A stretch of DNA of 64,000 bases from an uncultured virus (IMG/VR IMGVR_UViG_3300034418_003293) (IMGVR_UViG_3300034418_003293), one strand, 5' to 3'. Positions 9,370-20,507 are shown, numbered from the stretch's first letter. Notes: generated from the letters alone by a model not told the origin. Translations and numbers: made by a program.

Positions 9370-11019
9370 ATGGCAGTAGAGCTATTTGGTTTTAAGATAG
9401 AGAAATCTAATCAAGAACAACAAGAAAAAAATGTAAAATCCTTTGTTGCACCTAATTTTGAAGACGGCGCGGTAGAAGTCGCTGCTGGTGGTGTTTATGG
9501 TACTTATGTAGATCTAGAAGGTTCTGCTAAGTCTGAAGGAGAACTAGTAACACGTTATCGCGAAATGTCTATGCAACCAGAATGTGATAGCGCCATCGAA
9601 GATATCGTAAACGAATCAATCGTATTGGACAATGAAAACCCAATAGACATTGTTCTTGATGATTTGGAATACTCTGTTTCTTTTAAAAACAAAGTTAGAG
9701 AAGAATTTTATAACGTATTAAAACTTCTCGACTTCAATAATCAAGGATATGACATATTCAAACAATGGTATGTTGATGGACGTTTATATTATCACATACT
9801 CGTCAACGAATCAAAACCTAGGAATGGTATACAAGAACTTCGTAAAATAGACCCTAGAAAAATTAAAAAGATACGTGAAAAAATAACTGAAACTCATCCT
9901 CGTACAAGGGTAACAGTTGAGAAAGGGTTCAACGAGTACTACATCTATCATCCAAAAGGGATTACTTCTTCAGGCGCTCAAAACGCGGTAAAGATCGCTA
10001 AAGATTCTATCTGTCATGTTACAAGTGGTATAAACGATCCATCAAATAAGATTGTACTAGGATATCTTAACAAAGCAATCAAACCATTGAATCAACTTAG
10101 AATGTTAGAAGACGCAACTGTAATCTATCGTTTATCTCGTGCACCAGAACGTAGAATATTTTATATCGATGTAGGCAATCTTCCAAAGATGAAGGCTGAA
10201 CAATATCTACAAGACATGATGACAAAACATAAGAATCGTCTTGTCTATGATGCTTCGACTGGTGAAGTTAGAGATGATCGTAAGTTTATGACAATGTTAG
10301 AAGATTTCTGGCTTCCTCGTAGAGAAGGTGGTAGAGGCACCGAGATTACTACACTTCCAGGCGGTCAAAATCTTGGAGAGATGGACGATGTAGATTATTT
10401 CCGTCGTAAACTCTACAAGTCTCTGAATGTTCCTGTCACACGTATGGAAGCAGAGAATCAGTTTAATCTTGGTAGATCTACAGAAATTACTCGCGATGAG
10501 TTAAAATTTTCCAAGTTTATAAAAAGACTTAGAAATAGATTTTCACATCTATTTGATAATCTTTTAGAAATACAGTTAGTTCTAAAAGGTGTAATATCAA
10601 GAAAAGATTGGAAAAAAATTCGTGAAGATATCTACTACGAGTTTGCTCATGATAACTATTTTGCTGAATTAAAAGAAGCAGAAGTATTAAGAGAAAGACT
10701 ATCTCTTGCCAATGAGATTGATGGTTTTGTTGGTAAATACTACTCAATGGCTTGGGTTCGTAAGAACATTCTTCAAATGTCTGAAGAGGATATTGAAGAG
10801 ATGGATAAAGAGATCAAAGAAGAATCTGATGATCCTGATAGTCCTATGAATGATGATGAAGATAACAATCAAGATGATACTCCAATGGAATCTATAAACG
10901 CGAATACAGTAATAGAAGAATTTCAACCAATAGAAATGTCAGAAGAAGATAAAAAACTCGTTAGTAAAATGACATCCTTATTAGAAAATATAGAGATGAA
11001 TGATGATGAGGAAGTCTGA
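9370..11019 (+). CDS. gp20: portal protein gp20
   Basis: IYRLSRAPERRIFYIDVGNLPK, EDFWLPRREGGRGTEITTLPGG. Confidence 0.97.
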   Translation: MAVELFGFKIEKSNQEQQEKNVKSFVAPNFEDGAVEVAAGGVYGTYVDLEGSAKSEGELVTRYREMSMQPECDSAIEDIVNESIVLDNENPIDIVLDDLEYSVSFKNKVREEFYNVLKLLDFNNQGYDIFKQWYVDGRLYYHILVNESKPRNGIQELRKIDPRKIKKIREKITETHPRTRVTVEKGFNEYYIYHPKGITSSGAQNAVKIAKDSICHVTSGINDPSNKIVLGYLNKAIKPLNQLRMLEDATVIYRLSRAPERRIFYIDVGNLPKMKAEQYLQDMMTKHKNRLVYDASTGEVRDDRKFMTMLEDFWLPRREGGRGTEITTLPGGQNLGEMDDVDYFRRKLYKSLNVPVTRMEAENQFNLGRSTEITRDELKFSKFIKRLRNRFSHLFDNLLEIQLVLKGVISRKDWKKIREDIYYEFAHDNYFAELKEAEVLRERLSLANEIDGFVGKYYSMAWVRKNILQMSEEDIEEMDKEIKEESDDPDSPMNDDEDNNQDDTPMESINANTVIEEFQPIEMSEEDKKLVSKMTSLLENIEMNDDEEV

Positions 11020-12776
11020 TGAAAGACATAGAAAACGCCAAGTTATTAGCAGCATCTCTAAAACTCGCTAAACAAGAAATCTCTAAAAACGTAAAAGAAC
11101 TACGTGAAGAGATAGAAGAGATCAAAACTATCGAAGGACCACCTGGACCGCAAGGTCCAAAGGGTGATCGTGGTGATGCTGCTGAGTCTGTCATTGTAGA
11201 AGCCGTTGGTCCTAAAGGTGAGAAAGGAGACAAAGGAGATAAAGGTGACGCTGGCAATGCTATACTCAAAGCAGGAATATTCGAAAATCGTTTAATCTTA
11301 AATTTCTCTGATGGCGAACAACTAGAAGTTGGTGAAGTTGTTGGACCAAGAGGCGGTAGAGGACCAAAAGGGGATCTTGGTGAACAAGGTCCAGTCGGTC
11401 CCGTAGGACCTCAAGGTGAACAAGGTATTGCGGGTCCACAAGGACCGAAAGGAGATAAAGGTGATAAAGGCGATAAAGGCGATGTGGGCGCTAGAGGACC
11501 AGTCGGTATTCAAGGGATTCAAGGACCACAGGGCGAAAAAGGAGAAAAAGGAGAAAAAGGAGTCCCAGGTGAAAAAGGCGATATCGGACCTGTTGGACCC
11601 AGGGGCGATAAAGGTGATAGAGGCGAACAAGGGATCCCAGGTCCAATCGGACCGCCGGGGGCAGATGGTAGACTTGTTGATCTAAAACCTCTTAAACAAG
11701 AACTAGAAGAAGGCTTAAAAAACTTTAGAGATTCTATAAGTGCTCAAGTAACAAGATTAGCATTATCTAGTAGAAGTGGTGGATCTTCTGGATCTGGTGA
11801 AGTTTGGTTACATCGTCTAGATGATGTGGACTATAATACTGTTAAAAGTCCATCAGACGGTCAAGCATTAGTATATAATGCCACTAAAGGTAAGTGGGAA
11901 GCAAATACTGTTCCTAGTCCTAATACGTTTACTACTACAATTACAACTCAACATATTATACCAGATCAAGATGAAACTTATGACTTAGGTACTTCTTCAA
12001 AGAAATTTAGAGATCTTTATATTTCTGGCGGCACAATATATGTTGGTAATAACTCTTCTCTTTTCGCTAACTCTAGTGGTTGGTACGCTACTGTAGAGGG
12101 TGGTAGTGTAACAGCAGTACAAACAGAATCAACGGTAGGTGGCACATATGTAACAAATACTGTATTCCAAACAACTCTTGCCAATACCAACTCTTATATT
12201 GTTACCGTTTCTGCTACTGAAAGAACAGCATTAGCTAATACCAATAGTTACATTGCCGCTGTAGAAACAAGAGAAGCAGCGCATACTGCTAATACTTTAT
12301 TACATTTAGCTAATACCAATAGTTATATTGCGACTAAAGTAAGTACATCTACCTTCAATTCCGCTTTAGCAAATACCAACTCTTATATTGCTACTAAAGC
12401 AAATATAACATCACCAACATTTACAGGAACTCCAGCAGCTCCTACAGCAGCGGCGGCGACCAATACAACTCAAATCGCTACTACAGCATTTGTTAGAACA
12501 GAAATTACAAATTTAGTAGACTCTGCACCAAGCACTCTAGATACACTAAATGAGTTAGCAACAGCTTTAGGAGATGATCCTAACTTTGCTACTACTGTAA
12601 CAAATAGTATTGCTAGTAAATTTTCTTCAGCCAATGTTACAATTACAGCAACACCAGGCGATGTAACAACATCATTAGGAACACTAACTCCAGATGATAG
12701 TATAGTAGCCAATCCAAACGGTTATTTAACGTTTAATATTGGTGGAACTAGTTATAAAGTACCTTATTTTACTTAA
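11019..12776 (+). CDS. collagen-like (Gly-X-Y) fibre protein
   Basis: Long GXY run, LANTNSYI repeats and a fibre-type SPTFTGTPAAPT...APSTLDTLNELATALGDDPNFATT motif. Confidence 0.85.
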   Translation: MKDIENAKLLAASLKLAKQEISKNVKELREEIEEIKTIEGPPGPQGPKGDRGDAAESVIVEAVGPKGEKGDKGDKGDAGNAILKAGIFENRLILNFSDGEQLEVGEVVGPRGGRGPKGDLGEQGPVGPVGPQGEQGIAGPQGPKGDKGDKGDKGDVGARGPVGIQGIQGPQGEKGEKGEKGVPGEKGDIGPVGPRGDKGDRGEQGIPGPIGPPGADGRLVDLKPLKQELEEGLKNFRDSISAQVTRLALSSRSGGSSGSGEVWLHRLDDVDYNTVKSPSDGQALVYNATKGKWEANTVPSPNTFTTTITTQHIIPDQDETYDLGTSSKKFRDLYISGGTIYVGNNSSLFANSSGWYATVEGGSVTAVQTESTVGGTYVTNTVFQTTLANTNSYIVTVSATERTALANTNSYIAAVETREAAHTANTLLHLANTNSYIATKVSTSTFNSALANTNSYIATKANITSPTFTGTPAAPTAAAATNTTQIATTAFVRTEITNLVDSAPSTLDTLNELATALGDDPNFATTVTNSIASKFSSANVTITATPGDVTTSLGTLTPDDSIVANPNGYLTFNIGGTSYKVPYFT

Positions 12777-12808
12777 TATAATAAATATTATAAATAAATG
12801 AAAGGAGA

Positions 12809-12997
12809 ATGACTATGGATGCACAAGACAGTTTAAGTGATGCTTTACGGCATTTGGGAAATAACGAGACTTCTAAGTTTAGAGATATTATTAATGATGT
12901 TCTTGCATTCAAAGCAAACGAAAAAATAGATTCAGAGAAAATGCGTATTGCATCTACTCTATACAGTTCCGAGGAAGATTCTTATGAAAACGCTTAA
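12809..12997 (+). CDS. small prohead core protein (gp67-like)
   Basis: Size and position between portal and gp21, preceded by late promoters and an RBS. Confidence 0.5.
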   Translation: MTMDAQDSLSDALRHLGNNETSKFRDIINDVLAFKANEKIDSEKMRIASTLYSSEEDSYENA

Positions 12998-14009
12998 ACA
13001 ACTCAGAAAGATCCAAGAAGCTGGCGCTGACGATTATGTTGTCGATCCAGATGACGACGAAGAAGCACTAGAATATCAGCCTAGATCTGATGGTGAGATT
13101 GAGTTTGTTGATTTACACTCTGTTGAAGTAAGCAATCATCCAGCTGCTCCAGAAGATCAACATGTAGCTAAGACATCACACAACAAACATAAAGGTGTTG
13201 AACATCCTGGTGAACCAGTAGTAAAACAAGGTACTTCTGGTGACGTAAAATTTGCTAAGTTTAGAGAGAAAATTACAAAAACACCTCTTCGTAAAGGTGA
13301 TAAGAGACAGGGTGACTTCAAGGCAGGTTCTGTAAAAGAAGAAGTTGAACTTGATGAAGCCAAGAAAGTTACGAAGAAACAACTTCGTGATTTAGAAGAT
13401 CGTAACGAACATGGTCTAGTTGCTCTAAAACTTGCCCAGTCTTTTGGTACTCCTGCTGAAGTCAAGAAAATTCAAGACATCAATAAGCGACATGATATGA
13501 AAGGTCACATAGAGTATAAAGACCAAAAAGAAAGAGATGCTATTGCTAGTAAATATTGGAAAATGGCAGAAGAAGTTGAGTTTATTGATGAAGCAGAACA
13601 AGTAGTTACTCTACCAAAGGGAGTTGGTTTCTATGATACAACAAAATATCCTATTGGTGGTAAATTTGATAGAGTTACCGATTCAAATGGTTTAAAGGTC
13701 ACAGTAAAAAGAAGATTTAAATTATACAAAGGAACCGATACTGAAGGTATGACTTCTGATGGTAAAAAGGTTGCTTTTCAAATGCGTTTAGCAAAAGAAG
13801 AAGTTGAGTTTATTGAAGAAGCAGTAAAAGCAGGAACAATTAAATTAGAGAACGGCAAGTCAGTAAAGGTAACAAAAGAAGATGCCGTTGCATTCAATGC
13901 TGTTCTCAAAGAATTAAATCCGGAAAATCGTAAGCGTATGGAAAGTGAAATGATGAAAGATGAAAAATCCTATAAAAATATGCTTACATTTGCAAAGAGG
14001 ACAGTGTGA
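12984..14009 (+). CDS. putative prohead core/internal protein
   Basis: Charged protein with repeated EEVELDE/EEVEFIDE motifs, located in the head module. Confidence 0.55.
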   Translation: MKTLKQLRKIQEAGADDYVVDPDDDEEALEYQPRSDGEIEFVDLHSVEVSNHPAAPEDQHVAKTSHNKHKGVEHPGEPVVKQGTSGDVKFAKFREKITKTPLRKGDKRQGDFKAGSVKEEVELDEAKKVTKKQLRDLEDRNEHGLVALKLAQSFGTPAEVKKIQDINKRHDMKGHIEYKDQKERDAIASKYWKMAEEVEFIDEAEQVVTLPKGVGFYDTTKYPIGGKFDRVTDSNGLKVTVKRRFKLYKGTDTEGMTSDGKKVAFQMRLAKEEVEFIEEAVKAGTIKLENGKSVKVTKEDAVAFNAVLKELNPENRKRMESEMMKDEKSYKNMLTFAKRTV

Positions 14010-14368
14010 TGCCAGTAACAAATAATCATAAAAAACCTGCTGGATATGTAGTTTTTAGAACTACTGCTACTGATGGTTTGAAACTTAATACAGCAAATGG
14101 TAAACAAGGAGCCAATGCTATTGGTGAGACTGTTGGTGAAATGGTAATATCAGAAGTGATGTGGAGCGTAGATGGTACAAATAATTGGAACGTAAAAAGA
14201 GGTTCTAATACTGTCGCTGTATTTGCTGGTAGTGGATATCATGATTATCAAGCAAGTGGAATGCAATTAGAACTTAATGACGCACAAAGAACATCGAACG
14301 TAGATATTACACTTTCTGGTGGCAACGGCGTTATTATCTTAAAAATGCATAAGAAGTCAGGAGAATAA
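14006..14368 (+). CDS. hypothetical virion protein
   Basis: ORF in the head operon, coupled to neighbours. Confidence 0.55.
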   Translation: MMPVTNNHKKPAGYVVFRTTATDGLKLNTANGKQGANAIGETVGEMVISEVMWSVDGTNNWNVKRGSNTVAVFAGSGYHDYQASGMQLELNDAQRTSNVDITLSGGNGVIILKMHKKSGE

Positions 14369-14369
14369 T

Positions 14370-15014
14370 ATGAAACTCATCACGGAAGTACTTGACATCG
14401 GTTATGTGACCGAAGCCAATGAGAATGGTGAGAAAGATTTTTATATTGAAGGCATCTTTATGCAGGCCAACAAACAGAACCGTAATGGTCGTATCTATCC
14501 CACAGATATTCTTGAAAGAGAAATAAATAGATATAACAAAGAATATGTAATGAAGAATCGTGCATTTGGTGAACTAGGTCATCCCAGTGGACCAACCATT
14601 AATCTTGAAAGAGTATCACATATGATTAAAGAACTTTACCAAGATGGAGATAACTTCATGGGTAAAGCGAAGATTATGGATTCACCTTACGGTAATATCG
14701 TAAAAAACTTAATCAAAGAGGGTGCCACTATTGGTGTTTCATCAAGAGGTATGGGTACTCTTAAACAGAAAAATGGTGTCAATGAGGTACAAAAAGATTT
14801 TTATCTTGCTACCGCAGCCGACATCGTTGCAGATCCTTCCGCGCCAGATGCATTTGTTCAAGGTATTATGGAAGGGGTTGAATGGATTATGGAAGGTGGG
14901 AAGTGGACACAAAGATTTGTGGAGCGTTCTCAATATGATATCAAGAAAGCCAATAAAGCCGAACTTGAACAAACAAAATTGCGTATCTTCGAGGATTTCC
15001 TGAAGAAACTTTAA
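14370..15014 (+). CDS. gp21: prohead protease gp21
   Basis: MKLITE, IEGIFMQA..NRNGRIY, GELGHP, GVSSRGMG, DIVADPSAPDAFV. Confidence 0.96.
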   Translation: MKLITEVLDIGYVTEANENGEKDFYIEGIFMQANKQNRNGRIYPTDILEREINRYNKEYVMKNRAFGELGHPSGPTINLERVSHMIKELYQDGDNFMGKAKIMDSPYGNIVKNLIKEGATIGVSSRGMGTLKQKNGVNEVQKDFYLATAADIVADPSAPDAFVQGIMEGVEWIMEGGKWTQRFVERSQYDIKKANKAELEQTKLRIFEDFLKKL

Positions 15015-15064
15015 TGTAAATATGATAATTTATAAATAATTTAAAAACAAAAAGGAGCGTGTAA

Positions 15065-16132
15065 ATGTCCGATGAGAATCTAGAAGTTCTTGAAGACGAC
15101 TCTGAAGATCTTCAGGAATTTAAAGCTTCAATGGGCGATCCCTCAATGGTTGCAGATCCTGCACCAACGAAGGACTCCTCACGTCCTGCTGATAAGGACG
15201 CCGGAGAGAAAAAGCCTGTTGCTCAAGGAAATTCACCCAAGACAAAGGTTGGCATGATTAATGCCATGATGACAAAAATGCATGGTATGAAGAAAGAAGA
15301 TCTTTATGCTGCATATTCAAAGATGATGGGTGAAGAGACTGAAACAAACGAAGAAGATATCTTAGAAGATATTAAAACTTCAGAACCAATCACTGTAACA
15401 AGAGATGACATCGATCTAGAAGATGATGTTAAAGCTCTATTCGGCAACGAAGATCTTTCAGAAGAGTTTAAAAATAAAGCAACCACAATCTTTGAGGCTG
15501 CTGTAATCACTAAAATTAATGAAAAGCTCTCCGAACTATCAGAAAAGATTGAAGCCGATAATCTAATCGAATCTCAAAATAATCACGAAGACATGGTAGA
15601 AAAGATGGATTCCTATCTTGACTACGTAGTCGAACAGTGGGCCGATGAGAATCGTCTAGCTATGGAAAACGGTATTCGTACTGAGATCGCTGAAGAATTT
15701 ATTGGCGGTCTAAAGAAACTTTTCGAAGAATCTTATATTGATATTCCAGAAGATAAGGTAGATATTCTAGGCGATCTATCCGATCAGGTAGATGAACTAG
15801 AAGAAAGCCTTAACAAGGAAATCGAAAAAAATGTTGAACTCAATGATAAAATTGAAGTTCTTGTTAAAGATTCTATCGTTTCAGAAATTTCCGAAGATCT
15901 AACTGTTGCAAATAAAGAGAAGTTTACTGACTTAGCTTCTGCTGTTGAGTTTGTTTCAGAAGAAGACTATCGTGGTAAAGTTTCCATGATTAAGGAAAGT
16001 TACTTCGCTGATGAAGATAAGATTGAATCTATTATTGACGAAGAAGAACCACTCGAAGAAGAGGTTCGTAAGAAGGTGACTGGAAGCATGGCACACTACG
16101 CCGCTGCTATTTCTAGAACTGTAAAGAAATAA
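15065..16132 (+). CDS. gp22: prohead core scaffold gp22
   Basis: LSEEFKNKATTIFEAAV, DSYLDYVVEQW; acidic coiled coil immediately before gp23. Confidence 0.93.
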   Translation: MSDENLEVLEDDSEDLQEFKASMGDPSMVADPAPTKDSSRPADKDAGEKKPVAQGNSPKTKVGMINAMMTKMHGMKKEDLYAAYSKMMGEETETNEEDILEDIKTSEPITVTRDDIDLEDDVKALFGNEDLSEEFKNKATTIFEAAVITKINEKLSELSEKIEADNLIESQNNHEDMVEKMDSYLDYVVEQWADENRLAMENGIRTEIAEEFIGGLKKLFEESYIDIPEDKVDILGDLSDQVDELEESLNKEIEKNVELNDKIEVLVKDSIVSEISEDLTVANKEKFTDLASAVEFVSEEDYRGKVSMIKESYFADEDKIESIIDEEEPLEEEVRKKVTGSMAHYAAAISRTVKK

Positions 16133-16180
16133 TGATTTCTAATAAATAAAAATAATGGTACTAAAAAGGAGTTAATACCA

Positions 16181-17551
16181 ATGTTAAATGAAGAACTACT
16201 CAAGAAGTGGCAGCCAGTTCTTGAACATCCAGATCTCGGTGAGATCAAGGATCCTCATAAGCGTGCTGTCGTTGCTCAACTACTAGAAAACCAAGAGATT
16301 TCTGCCCGTGAGCAGGGTTTTGGTTCTGGCGGTTATCATTCACCAACACTACTAGGCGAAGCAGCACCAGTTAATGCTATGGGCGCTTCTTCTTCTACCG
16401 CTAGTGACGGTTCAGTCGATATTTTCGATCCTGTCCTCATTTCACTAGTTCGTCGCTCAATGCCAAATATGATCGCATACGATATCTGCGGTGTCCAGCC
16501 AATGACTGGTCCAACAGGTCTAATCTTCGCGATGCGTTCACGTTTCTCAACTCAAGGTGGCGACGAAGCCCTCTATAACGAAGCAGTAACCACATTTTCT
16601 GCCTCTGCTTCTGGTAATACTGCATCTCTCGGTGTTATTAACGACGCTGGTAATAATGCTCAATCTGGTAGCGATCCAACCGATCGTGCATCAGGTACTG
16701 GGTATACCGTCGGCACTGGCATGACCACCGCTGAAGCAGAAGCTCTCGGCGATGGTTCTACGAACGCATTCCAACAAATGGCTTTCTCAGTTGAGAAGGT
16801 CTCTGTAACTGCTGTATCTCGCGCCCTTAAAGCTGAGTACACCATGGAACTAGCCCAAGATCTAAAGGCTATTCACGGTCTAGACGCAGAAACAGAACTA
16901 TCCAACATCCTATCTGCTGAAATCCTCGCTGAAATCAACCGCGAAGTAGTTCGTACAATCAACTATACCGCTACCGCAGGTGCTCAGGATAACGTAACAA
17001 CCTCTGGTACTTTCAACCTAGACGTTGATGCAAACGGTCGCTGGTCAGTAGAACGCTTCAAGGGTCTAATCTACCAGATCGAGCGCGACGCTAACCAAAT
17101 CGCCAAGTCAACCCGGCGTGGTAAGGGTAACGTTCTAATCTGTGGTTCAGACGTAGCTTCTGCCCTACAGATGGCTGGTGTTCTTGATTACACTCCAGCA
17201 CTCAGTTCCAACCTAAACGTAGACGATACAGGTAACACTTTCGCTGGTGTGCTACATGGTCGGGTCCGCGTTTATGTTGACCCATACTTCTCAAGCGCCT
17301 CTGGTGATCAGTACTACACCATTGGTTACAAGGGTTCAAGCGCATTTGATGCTGGTCTCTTCTACTGCCCATATGTTCCACTACAGATGGTTCGTGCAGT
17401 TGGCGAGAATACCTTCCAGCCAAAAATTGGATTTAAGACTCGCTACGGCATCGTCGCTAATCCTTTTGCAACAACCGCTGCCGATGGTGCTATCTCTTTT
17501 GCGAAAAAGAATATCTACTATCGTACTGTTACCGTTTCAAATCTTATGTAA
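16181..17551 (+). CDS. gp23: major capsid protein gp23
   Basis: GVQPMTGPTGLIFAMR, SRALKAEYTMELAQDLKAIHGLDAE, FQPKIGFKTRYG. Confidence 0.98.
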   Translation: MLNEELLKKWQPVLEHPDLGEIKDPHKRAVVAQLLENQEISAREQGFGSGGYHSPTLLGEAAPVNAMGASSSTASDGSVDIFDPVLISLVRRSMPNMIAYDICGVQPMTGPTGLIFAMRSRFSTQGGDEALYNEAVTTFSASASGNTASLGVINDAGNNAQSGSDPTDRASGTGYTVGTGMTTAEAEALGDGSTNAFQQMAFSVEKVSVTAVSRALKAEYTMELAQDLKAIHGLDAETELSNILSAEILAEINREVVRTINYTATAGAQDNVTTSGTFNLDVDANGRWSVERFKGLIYQIERDANQIAKSTRRGKGNVLICGSDVASALQMAGVLDYTPALSSNLNVDDTGNTFAGVLHGRVRVYVDPYFSSASGDQYYTIGYKGSSAFDAGLFYCPYVPLQMVRAVGENTFQPKIGFKTRYGIVANPFATTAADGAISFAKKNIYYRTVTVSNLM

Positions 17552-17582
17552 TAATAAGATTGGGTTTAACCCAACGAGAACT

Positions 17583-17614
17583 AGAGGGGGGTTTCGGCTC
17601 CCCTCTTTTTTTTT
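17583..17614 (+). terminator. Rho-independent terminator after gp23
   Basis: AGAGGGGGG-TTTCGG-CTCCCCTCT followed by a T run. Confidence 0.85.
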
Positions 17615-17650
17615 ATAAATAAATAGTTGATATTATAAAGGATACATTGT

Positions 17651-18154
17651 ATGGCAACTCCTGATAACAAAAACTTTTTAGGACAGACAGGTTTCAGATT
17701 GGTATTAGATAGAATACCAACAGTGTCATATTTTTCACAATCAGCTAGTATACCTCCAGTATCTATTGGTACTTCTAATCAAACCAATCCTTTTACTGAT
17801 ATTCCTCTTGCTGGAGAAAAAATTACATACTCTCCTTTTAACTTGACTTTTCGTGTAGACGAAGATATGATAAATTATCTAGAGATATATAATTGGTTAG
17901 TTGGATTAGGATCACCAGAAAATTTTGACCAATATAAAAACTTTCAACAACTTAGCAGAAATCAGAGAAACGTATCTGATGCTACTTTATCAATTCTATC
18001 AAGTAAATATAATCCTAATCTTCGTGTAAAGTTTCAGAATATGTTTCCCGAATCTCTATCTGAACTTACATTCTCAACTACTGTTACTGATATTGATTAT
18101 CTAGAAGCCACTGTTACTTTTAGATATACTCTTTACACAATAGAGTCTGTGTGA
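17651..18154 (+). CDS. gp3: tail tube terminator/completion protein gp3
   Basis: NFLGQTGFR, FRVDEDMINYLEIYNW, FPESLS; position after gp23. Confidence 0.85.
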   Translation: MATPDNKNFLGQTGFRLVLDRIPTVSYFSQSASIPPVSIGTSNQTNPFTDIPLAGEKITYSPFNLTFRVDEDMINYLEIYNWLVGLGSPENFDQYKNFQQLSRNQRNVSDATLSILSSKYNPNLRVKFQNMFPESLSELTFSTTVTDIDYLEATVTFRYTLYTIESV

Positions 18155-18191
18155 TATAATATATTTTTAATCGTGAAGAAGGATTTAAATC

Positions 18192-18632
18192 TTGAAAATT
18201 GAAGATATTGCCGAAGCTTGGAGAAAAGACGCTCCAATTGATAGTGTTGAACTAGATACAGAAAGTTTAAATATTCCCGTATTACATGCTAAGTATCTAT
18301 CAATATTATATAAAGAAAGACTTAAACTCAAAAGTCTATTTTTAAAGAAAAAACAACTTGCCAAAACATTATCTGAATACTTCAGAGGTGATTTAAATAA
18401 TCCTGAAGACTTAACTGAGATTGGTAGACAACCCCAGTTAAAAACCATTTTGAAGGCTGATATAAATGATTATGTGGATTCAGATTCTGAAATGATTGAA
18501 ATGAATTTAAAAATATCTATGCAACAAGAAATTGTTGATGTTTTGGAAGAAATAATGAAGGGTATCAATGGAAGAAACTGGATTATTAGAAATAGTATCG
18601 AGTGGCGCCGCCTCACAAACTTCGGTCAGTGA
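18192..18632 (+). CDS. uvsY: recombination mediator UvsY
   Basis: WRKDAPID, ESLNIPVLHAKY, RNWIIRNSIEWRR. Confidence 0.88.
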   Translation: MKIEDIAEAWRKDAPIDSVELDTESLNIPVLHAKYLSILYKERLKLKSLFLKKKQLAKTLSEYFRGDLNNPEDLTEIGRQPQLKTILKADINDYVDSDSEMIEMNLKISMQQEIVDVLEEIMKGINGRNWIIRNSIEWRRLTNFGQ

Positions 18633-20076
18633 TATTGTTGTAAAAGAACATAATGAAGTCTTTGTAAGACTTGATTGCGAAAGAGGTATTGCTCAAGAGA
18701 TACACGAACACTTCTCTTTCTATGTTCCTGGATATCGCTTCATGCCAGCATACAAATCTCGTATGTGGAATGGTAAAATATATCTCTATAATCTGAATAC
18801 CCAACAAATCTACAAAGGACTTCTAGAAGAAGTAAAGTCTTTCGCCAAGAATAGAAATTATTCTATTGATACACAAGACTCTGATGTATCTAATGAATTC
18901 TCCGCATTTGAGTGTGGTCAATTTGTAGAAAGACTAAAACTAAAGATAACTCCCAGAGACTATCAGATTGATGGTTTTGTACACGCCGTAAGAAATAATC
19001 GGTGTTTACTACTATCACCAACTGGTTCTGGTAAGTCTCTGATGATATACATGTTATCTAGATTTTATCCCCATAAAAAACTTATCATTGTACCAACAAT
19101 ATCTTTGGTCCATCAAATGGCTAAAGACTTTGATGACTATGGTAATAAATTAAATATTCGTATGATTACAGGTACGAGTAAAAAAGATTGGAAAGATAAT
19201 ATTACAGATGATGTGGTAATCACTACTTGGCAATCAATCTATAAGATGCCTAAGACTTGGTTTCAACATTTTGGTGTAGTCATTGGTGACGAAGCACATT
19301 TATTCAAAGCAAAATCTCTTACATCAATTCTAGAAAAACTTCCTCATTGTAGATACAGATTTGGATTTACTGGAACATTAGATGGTTCTCAAACCCATCA
19401 ATTAGTATTAGAAGGTCTATTTGGTCCAACCAAGTCTCTTGTAAAAACAAAAGATCTAATGGAGAATGATCAATTAGCAAAACTTCGTATTAAAATACTT
19501 GTATTAAAATATGATAAAGAAATTACAAAACAAGTATCTAAAATGAAGTATGCTGATGAGATGGACTTTATTGTTAGAAATCAAAAGAGAAATGAATTTA
19601 TCAATAATCTAGCATTATCACTAGACGGCAATACTTTGATACTATTTCAATATGTAGAGAAACATGGAAAACAACTTTACGACATGATAAATAGTAAGGT
19701 TAAGAAAGGTCGTAAAGTTTTCTTTGTATTTGGTGGGACTGATGGTGAAACCCGTGAGTCTATTAGAGAGATTACTGAACGAGAAACGAATGCCATTATC
19801 ATCGCATCGTATGGTACCTACTCCACAGGAATTAATATCAAAGCACTACACAATATCATATTTGCTAGCCCATCTAAAAGCAAGATAAGAAATTTACAGT
19901 CTATTGGTAGAGGTTTAAGAGTATCAGATAATAAAGATCAATGTACACTATTTGATATAGGTGATGATCTACAACACGGTAAGGAAGTCAACTATACTCT
20001 AAAACATCTATATGAAAGAGTTAAGATATATAATCAAGAGAAATTTGAATATAAACTGTATAAGATTGGTATATGA
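18568..20076 (+). CDS. uvsW: SF2 DNA helicase UvsW
   Basis: PRDYQ, SPTGSGKS, GDEAH, GFTGT, QSIGRGLR. Confidence 0.95.
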   Translation: MEETGLLEIVSSGAASQTSVSDIVVKEHNEVFVRLDCERGIAQEIHEHFSFYVPGYRFMPAYKSRMWNGKIYLYNLNTQQIYKGLLEEVKSFAKNRNYSIDTQDSDVSNEFSAFECGQFVERLKLKITPRDYQIDGFVHAVRNNRCLLLSPTGSGKSLMIYMLSRFYPHKKLIIVPTISLVHQMAKDFDDYGNKLNIRMITGTSKKDWKDNITDDVVITTWQSIYKMPKTWFQHFGVVIGDEAHLFKAKSLTSILEKLPHCRYRFGFTGTLDGSQTHQLVLEGLFGPTKSLVKTKDLMENDQLAKLRIKILVLKYDKEITKQVSKMKYADEMDFIVRNQKRNEFINNLALSLDGNTLILFQYVEKHGKQLYDMINSKVKKGRKVFFVFGGTDGETRESIREITERETNAIIIASYGTYSTGINIKALHNIIFASPSKSKIRNLQSIGRGLRVSDNKDQCTLFDIGDDLQHGKEVNYTLKHLYERVKIYNQEKFEYKLYKIGI

Positions 20077-20086
20077 GGAATAAAGA

Positions 20087-20440
20087 ATGATGATAACAGA
20101 AGACGATTTTGATAAAAACGATTCATATCGTATTATACAGTTATCTACTGGCCAAGTGATTATTGGTAATTTCATTGCTTCTAGTAGTTCTGGTATCGTT
20201 CTTCGTGATCCTGTCTCAACAGAATGGACAGAAGATCATGTATTCTTTAACTTATATTTAAATGGTCTATCTAAATCTAGAAATTTCTTTTTTCCAGCAC
20301 TTCATATTCTATCTATTGCTTATGTAGAACAACATATCAAAGACTGTTATGATGAATATATAGAGAAGACTTTACCAGAGAAGATTGATTTACAGTTAGC
20401 GAATACTGATATCAAAGTAGATTCTGATACTGTTCATTGA
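20087..20440 (+). CDS. hypothetical protein
   Basis: ORF with RBS at the conserved slot between uvsW and gp55. Confidence 0.6.
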   Translation: MMITEDDFDKNDSYRIIQLSTGQVIIGNFIASSSSGIVLRDPVSTEWTEDHVFFNLYLNGLSKSRNFFFPALHILSIAYVEQHIKDCYDEYIEKTLPEKIDLQLANTDIKVDSDTVH

Positions 20441-20507
20441 TGGGTGACAATAAGAAGTATATACCCTGTCAACTACTATGTCAACAGAAAAATTAAAAAT
20501 ATTTTAG

